This document shows, one piece after another, positions 57,080 through 64,000 of a DNA stretch of 64,000 nucleotides (within the stretch, counting starts at the first letter, position 1; the number at the start of each line of letters is the position of its first letter). Location of the stretch: contig NW_003314270.1 of NCBI RefSeq assembly GCF_000143415.4, positions 3,007,668-3,071,667 on the forward strand, read 5' to 3'. The notes under the pieces are model-generated. The model worked only from the letters and a program-made list of their open reading frames with translations. It searched no databases and had not been told where the DNA came from. The stretch comes from Selaginella moellendorffii. Taxonomy: Eukaryota; Plantae; Lycopodiophyta. The translations under genes were made by a program, and so were the position numbers.

Positions 57080-58750
57080 AAAGCCACCCCCAAAGGTAGC
57101 TCTTTCTCTTTTCTCTTTTTTTCTTTTTCTTTGTGTTCTTGCCTTTTCCTTCTTTTGTTTATCGCATCGTGTGCCATGAATGGGGGCTCGGATCGTTGGC
57201 ATCATTCATTCAAGAGAATAGTTTCTTTTTTCGTGGCAAATGTGGGTGGCATGGCATGTGCTTGGATGTTTTTAATTGTGGCATCGCTGCTCACAAACAT
57301 TGTGGTGTGTGCCAGGTGATCTCTGCTTTTCGTGACCGGACAGATGCGATGCGAGAAAAAAGGAGGCGAGTGCGCAGCGAGCTGAGCGAGAGCGGCATTA
57401 GCAAGCAAGCAAGCACGCAAGGTACCTCTTTTCTTCCATCCCTGGACCGGGAACAGAGAGGAAGAAAAGGAGAAAAGTTTCGTGGAGAAGCGTTCTTAAA
57501 TGGTGCCAGAGCGAGCAGCGGCGCAGTCCGTCCGTCCGTGGTGGCCAAGAGAAAAGAAGAAAGGAAAAGTTGGAACTGGCACATAGCAGCAGGCAACCAA
57601 CCAAGCGAGCTCTCCATCAATTCGGGTGCGCCATTTGCGACGAAAAGCTAGCGAGCAAAGAAGAGATCGATCGATCGATCAACCCGATCAAAGAACCAGC
57701 TCTTTCGACTGGAACGGGGTAACCACAGCAGCGGTGGCGATCACTCGCTCTCAGCGACACTTTCGTCTCGTTGCTTTGGAATCTGGACACGCAGCCACTT
57801 TGATCCATCCGGGGAGAGAGCATTCATAGCCGTGAAAGCGAAAAGGGGGTGAAGTGATCTCTCAAGCTGGTTGCTGCTGACCAGTGGAGGCGAGTGTACT
57901 CTCATCTATTGCGCTACAGTACAGTACACAGGACTTGTGCCCAGTGTCTACTCGCCTCTCCCTCGCAGCACTCACTCAAGTCATGCTTTTTCCTTTCGAT
58001 TCTTTTCTCTGTGCTGCTGTGACTGTGAGCCATGGCGGAGGCATTCATTAAAATCTCTGCGCGCTCGCGATGGCGACCGAGTGAGTGAGAGCTCGACGGC
58101 GACATTGGCGGAGAGGGATGAAAGCAACGTTTTGATGGACAGTAGCTATAGCTGCGCTGCCACTCTGCGGGAGTTCTCTCCAGAGGGAAGCGAGAGATCT
58201 CCTTTAAGGCGTCCGTATTAATACGATATACTATCTCGCCACCTACGCTTGGCAGCGCGGGAAACCACCGGGCGTTTGAAAAGAAAGGGAAAGGACCAGC
58301 TTGCCACCTTTTTTCTTGATTGTATAAACAAAGTGCTGGGCAGGTTCTCGAGATTCCGGTGATATTCTTGGGTATCTATACGTTAACGGGTGAGAGATCC
58401 GCTGGCAGCCAGCCGAGATGTTATTAATGAAGCCAACCGCGACACACATTTTGGAGCGCCCATCCAAATCATGACGCAATCGACCCGGATTTTCAGCTGG
58501 GCTGATCTAGTCAAGAGTTTACGAGAATCTTTACTTTAGCTCAAAACTGTGAAGGATGGTTGATTGATTGGACGAAGTGTATGTATCGTTCGTAGCGTTT
58601 GACTTTTTATTGGTGGTTCCTTTGTTTTTTTTTACGTATCGATCAAGTACCTGTACAGAGCGAGGAAGGATGTGACTATAGAATCTTAGAAACGAGGTTA
58701 CCTTTTAACCTCCAAGCCCTCGCAAAACTTCACAGAAGTCAAGCTCCCTG

Positions 58751-60259
58751 TCAAGCTCCCTGCTGTGAACTTTCTTTGGCTTTCACCCAGTGAGTCCAGC
58801 CTCGGTTGATCTCTCGGCTGCTGCCATCGAGCCTGAGAAGATGCAAAAACTGGTGTTCTTCGTCGCCGGATTGGTCCGCTGGAGAGAATGTAGCTGCCAT
58901 CGATTCCACGCAGTCGTCGTGCTTGCACTCCTGCTTGAATTCCAGGATGATCCCGCGGAGCTCGTGGCTGTTTGCGATGTCAGCCGGGAGGCTCTAGGAT
59001 TTTGTAAGGATTAGTAGATCTGCTAGAGCACGAGAAATGTGATTCTAGTACCTCCATCATCCAGCCTATGTACGCCACGTTGTTCACATGTTGATTCATG
59101 TCGAGATCCGCCCGTCTCGGCTGCATTATGGACAGTTTAAAGCCTCAAAGCAGCAACGTTTAAGATAGCACCACGACAAGACACGATTTACCTTGAGCCC
59201 GGTGATATGATGCTCTGCGTTTTCCAGTTTCGCCAGTTGGTGCTTCTTGTATGTGGCATGATCTTCTGGGAACGAAAATCTAAAATGCAGAACGAACGGC
59301 GTCACGCTTGCGACATAAACAGCTGAATCCCGACCTTGGAGGATCTAACGCGTATTGGTGATACTCTCCCCTGATCTCTTCATTTATTCTTGCAAATCGC
59401 CTTGTTTCTTGATTCATCATCACCCAGGTGCTGCACAACAACAAAAAGGTCAAAAAAAAAGAAAGAAAAGAAAGAAAAAACGTTTCGCTATATTCTTCGA
59501 AAAGACAAACCTGGTAGCTCGACCGAGTGTCAACCCGGTTTTGACATCCTTTAACAGCCAATCGCGTCGGGTCCCATTTCTATTCTCCTGGAACCATGTT
59601 TGGGCTTGCACGGCGTCACCCCTGTAAGATCAAAAGCTCTGTCACAGAAAAGAAAAACAAAGCACGCAGTTTTACCAACCAGTTTGGATAATCGTCCATT
59701 TCAATGTGCATGCGAACAGTCACCCAGATGAGATGATGCTTTCGCATCGATAAAGTTGTCGCGAATCCATCCGTGGAAAATCCAAGTGTTCTCACTTGGT
59801 TACAAGCCACCTCCTAAAATTCTCAAAAAGCTCTTGACAAGCGAAGAAAGGAAAGAATTTCCATACCTGGAGAAGATTTGCGATGGTCTGGATGGACGCC
59901 TTCTTGTTCGTGCCCACCTCGTAACAGCGTATAGTAAAATTCTCACTGTAGAGAATCCCGAAAGGCGGATCATCGCTGGCACCGCTGCTGAGATCCTTGG
60001 TCGGCGTTGGAATCAGCGTCGCAGCTGCGACGCCGTTGCTGCTCACAGCCGAATCGGACCTTAGATCGATCGCGGAGGCTATAGCTCGCCTCCCACGCCA
60101 TGCAAGAGATGGAGATTTCTCCCTGCGCTGCTGCATTCTACAAAAGGAGGAGGTGGAGCAGGAGATTTCTCCCACTCCAGCGCCTAGAGCGTTCACCTGA
60201 GCCGCATTCCTCACAGCAGGCATTGCGATCTCCATCGCCGCTCCTCCCGTGAGCGTCAT
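58751..60259 (-). CDS. FATA: Plastid acyl-ACP thioesterase, FatA-like, multi-exon
   Basis: Motifs FTIRCYEVG, GFSTDGFATT, TRRDW, WVMMNQETRR and PRRADLDMNQHVNN. TGA at 58753-58751. The start is at 60259 or 60235. Confidence 0.9.
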
Positions 60260-60599
60260 CGATCGATCGACGCCAGCGCCAGGCGTCCGCGCGTCTTGCT
60301 CCTCTCTCTCTCGCCCTCCGCAAAGAATATATTGCAAATCCCTTCCAACCCCTACCGTACACGTGGACGTCGCGTGTTCGATCCTAAACCCGTCTCTCTC
60401 CTTCCTCTCTAGGGTTTCTTTCACTATTACTTGGAGAGCTCCTGCTATGGCGATGACGATCGAAGGTTTGGCGATTTGAGATTCCATCCCTGGTCATGTA
60501 GCTAAGATTATAGCACGGATTCTTGCGCGCTGTGGCACTGGCGATGGCGATTGATTCGGCGTCGCCGAGAGCAGTGTGAGTGTTGTTCTCACGGGCACA

Positions 60600-61169
60600 A
60601 TGGCAGACACTTCAGCTTATTTTCTCGCGTGCTTGCACCCCTGTAGGCTTGCTGGACTGGCGTTCATGTTTTCTGTGGGAATTATGATGCAAATCCTGGT
60701 GAGTAGATGGAAGATTTCTCTCTGGTGGATTAAAACTCGTTTTCTTTCACAGGCTTGTGCCTTGTACAGCAATTGGTGGCCAATGCTCACAGGTACCTCG
60801 ATCAACTTTGGGTGTTCGTTGCTTTGATTCTTCTTCTCCAGCTCTCATGTACGTGATGGTTCCAATGCCTTGCTTGTTCTTCGGAAGCTCTTCGTCCGAG
60901 TCGCTTCTATCTGTCGGCGATGCTACTGGAGAGTAAGCTTCTCTTTTTTTCTTCCTCTCTAGAGAGCTTACCTGGACTGTTATAGCTGGGCTGATGCTGC
61001 AAAGTTCCTGACGGGATTTTCAACCGTGGGAAGCATTGCGATTCCGGCCATTTTGCGCCATGCGATGTTGATAGAGATCGGCGCCATGTTTCTCGCTTAC
61101 TCGTCTTTCATTATTTTGACGAGCACCGTCATCTTGTTCCAATACGTGACTCGCGAGAGCGAGTGGTAG
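60600..61169 (+). CDS. VPS55: Vacuolar protein sorting 55 (VPS55/LEPROT family), four exons
   Basis: ACALYSNWWPML, YVMVPMP and WADAAKFLTG...AIPAILRHA across GT-AG introns. Confidence 0.9.
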
Positions 61170-61379
61170 TGGCAGCAAGCTGTAACATTTGGAGGTGTTT
61201 ATGTAAGATATCAAGATTCGTGATAGTTTTTCCTCTTTGTTGTTTATGAATTTTAGAGAGAACCACCTCAATCACTTCCTTGGCTTTGAAGTAAGACTTT
61301 CCTGCAAAAATGTGTAAGAAGTCAGTCGGATGTTTTGAAACAATAGCCATCAAGTTGCCTGAAAACTCTGACGGATCAG

Positions 61380-63385
61380 CTACTTGGGCTTCTCAGGCGT
61401 TCTTGCTGGTGGCGTTTGCTCTTGCTGGAAAGCGAGCGGTGGTAGAGGTTTTGCAGAGATGTTCTTGTGGGAAAATACCTTGATGAGCTCTTCCTGCTGC
61501 TTTAGAAATTCCAGTTTGCGCCGGCGCTCCTCAAGCGTGTCCTCGCTGGGCAGCACTGTGACACCGACCGAGTCCACCACTTCGTCTGGAAGCGATGACA
61601 GTGTCGCTTGGACAGCTTCTGCCGGTTTTAGTTTGTCCGGGACGAACGCCCTGCAAGAAAAACAATGACACAGCCGGAAACGAAAGGTAAAGTTTTTACC
61701 TGGACAAGATGAGGAGCGAGGATGGTACTGAGTGATCTAGTGACAAATCAAGCCAGTTGCTTAGCTGCAGAAAGCTCTCTTCAAACTTAAGACGCAGTTT
61801 TCTGAAGAAAAATAGAGACTTTACCTGTGCTTTCATCTCTTGTGGTGTCAAAGAAACAAGCATTCCTCGTTCCCGGCAAGCAGCTCGAAGCTCGGGTTCC
61901 GAAAGTGAGTATATTCCTTCCATTCTGATTAGCCGGTCATCGGATTTGATCCTGGAAGTAAGGAGCTACACTGCGTAAGCTTGAAGCTACTGCTAGCTCT
62001 TACCATGCCAGTTTTTTGCGAAGAGTGTAGCGCAGATACGCATCCGTCCCAAATGGTCGTAAGCCCATGTATTTACACATGCTTATCAATCGCGGCCTGC
62101 GTTTACAAGGAAAACGTTTAAACCTTTGGTGCAGGAAAATCACGGCTCAGACCTGCTGATGTTGTCCAAAGTCAGTTCGTCATTGAAGAGCTTTGCAAAT
62201 CCCAGTATGTCCGCGTTTTTTATGCTTTGTCCAGTGCGGACCTGCCAGAGACAAAGCATGTTCCATAAAACCAGATGACAAAAAATATTATTCGCGAGGA
62301 CCTTGGTCATAAAGTCGTCAAGATCTTTGGCGGTTTTCTGAATATCTTCTCCCCGTTTGGATTTGAGCTCGTCCACCATTTCCAGTAACGCATTCTTTAA
62401 GCCTTTCGCGTGGCGAAGCCGTGTTTCCAATCGTTTTGTCAACTCCGCCTGAAAAAACAGAACTAGACTGATTGTACGTTGGCGCAAAAGATATAAAACG
62501 GACCTCCTGCTTCAACTTGTCCTGGAATGTCGATGGTAGCATGTTGGGGAAGACCTTGAGAAGAACTGGCAGTAAGAACTCCATGAAGGGCACGATGACG
62601 ATGATTATGAACGGGACTAAACGAGCAATGTCTCCTGCTGTCCGCCTTAGTTGGAGCTGTTCTCTTCGGCTTAGCTTCTTACCACCCGAGAGCTGGACGA
62701 GAAGCCTGGTGGAAATCCGGATCTCCGCCCATAGCAACTTACTTCCAACCCAATAATGTTGCAACTCCAGCCACACAGTCGTCTTTGCTTTCTTGAGCCA
62801 CTTTGCCCAGTCCTCTCTGGAGTAAGCAAACTATTAAGAAAATCAAGGAACTAGCACTAACAAAAAACCTTGCCTGCTCATCGAAGCCATGTTTCTCAGT
62901 CCCGAGCCGATCCTCACAAGCAGATTCCATGTCTTTTGCAGAAGGGTCTTCTTCTCCAACTTATCCGGCAAAGGATCGTCACTAACTTGGAGTTCTTCCA
63001 CTGATGCCGCAAGCCTCTTGCGCCACTTCCTCGCCTTTTCTTTCTCTTCCTCACTCGCCACCTTCCTATCATTTCTGGAAGAAGCATCGGAGGAGAAAAA
63101 TAACAATGGCGGGAGCCGAGCAGCAGCTCCATCCTTGAAGCCATGAGGGACACGAAATCTTCCCTGGTCTACTCTACGAAGCTCGACTCTATATCCATGT
63201 TGCTGCTGCTGCTGCTGCTTATCCCTTCCACCATTAGAAGACACAAGACAATCGAGCAAACTGGGAAGAGCTCGATATCCGGAGTTGTGTGGAGGGACGT
63301 AGCGAAAGCTGACAACAGTAGCGTTCCTGTGCTGTGCTAATCTTCTCACGGCAAAGCTGAGGCTCCCAGCAACACGGACTTCCAT
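61380..63385 (-). CDS. LETM1: Mitochondrial LETM1-like protein, multi-exon
   Basis: Motifs HYWVGSKLLW, RLVPF...PFMEFLLPVLLKVFPNMLPSTF, FNDELTLDNISR, ELRAACRERG and WLDLSL. The 3' end is uncertain. Confidence 0.9.
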
Positions 63386-63610
63386 GAGAAATCCAGCAGC
63401 ACGGCACCAAAGCAAAGCTGCCTCCCATTAGATCGTCGAGCAGTAAAAATCCAAATCTTGGTCCAGCCGTCCCGGGAAGATGGAAGGCCAAATGGCTGCT
63501 TGAATTCCCGGAGCAAACTAAACAAGGAGTCGTGACCATCTGGATCCAAAGTCTCCGATGTGGCACGGCCATGTCACACTAGCTAAGCTGCTGACAAGGA
63601 AGGTATTTTC

Positions 63611-63994
63611 TTACTTGCAATAGCGGTCGGCTTTCTTCTTCACGCGCTCGTCCAGAGCCGCCTCTCGCGATGCCGATTCCTTCACAGACGCCGCGACAGC
63701 CGCGGCCGCGGCAGCAGAAGATTTCGGGATCTCATACCCGAATCTCTTCGTCTCCACAGGGAAGAGCTCCTCGTATTTCTTACTCTTCTTCCCATCCGGC
63801 GCATGCCCTATCCCTGTGTCGATCTCATAGCCCCCGGATTCCTCCAGTGTCTTCCCTGCGCCGGATTCTTCCTCCTCCTGCGCCTTGGCTTTCTTCTTCT
63901 TCCTCTTCTTCGCGATCGGCCTGTCGGCCGCATTGGCGCCGAGCTTGAGCGAGAGCTTACCTCCCTTGACGCTCTCGTAGGCGGACGATGCCAT
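63611..63994 (-). CDS. Small basic nuclear protein with FRG1-like N- and C-termini
   Basis: 127 aa: AYESVKGGKLSLK...KKRKKKK at the start and ALDERVKKKADRYCK at the end. Confidence 0.8.
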   Translation of the reverse strand: MASSAYESVKGGKLSLKLGANAADRPIAKKRKKKKAKAQEEEESGAGKTLEESGGYEIDTGIGHAPDGKKSKKYEELFPVETKRFGYEIPKSSAAAAAAVAASVKESASREAALDERVKKKADRYCK

Positions 63995-64000
63995 CCCTAA

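Overview
Plant nuclear DNA, probably a lycophyte such as Selaginella. This is inferred from gene-dense flanks, introns of about 45-70 nt and the PPR style; it is not proven. Left flank (1-19.6 kb): a D-box protein gene with an MSA promoter element, a PLS-class PPR gene, Elongin A, dymeclin, TOC75, tRNA-Thr(AGT) and an S-domain receptor-like kinase (RLK). The TOC75-tRNA-RLK block occurs three times. Only one TOC75 and one tRNA are intact, but two RLKs are intact and differ mainly in one hypervariable EGF/PAN patch. One duplication junction fuses a piece of the OVATE gene, located 42 kb away, to TOC75. Centre (19.6-51.2 kb): a nested transposon island with a degenerate Ty3/gypsy, three copies of one long-LTR non-autonomous family inserted into each other, a 674-bp TRIM and a 13.4-kb TIR DNA transposon (33934-47363). 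That DNA transposon is the best candidate for an undescribed system. It carries a Sola-like DDD transposase with extra domains and a divergently transcribed gene with ParB/Srx-like and FCP1-like phosphatase domains. It also contains at least 22 copies of a 22-bp palindrome (ATGGCRTG-N6-CAYGCCAT), placed in introns, UTRs, a long hairpin and linker-coding DNA. Right flank: RLK pseudogene, OVATE, FatA, VPS55, LETM1 and a mini FRG1-like gene. All calls come from reading the sequence by eye; no database search was run.
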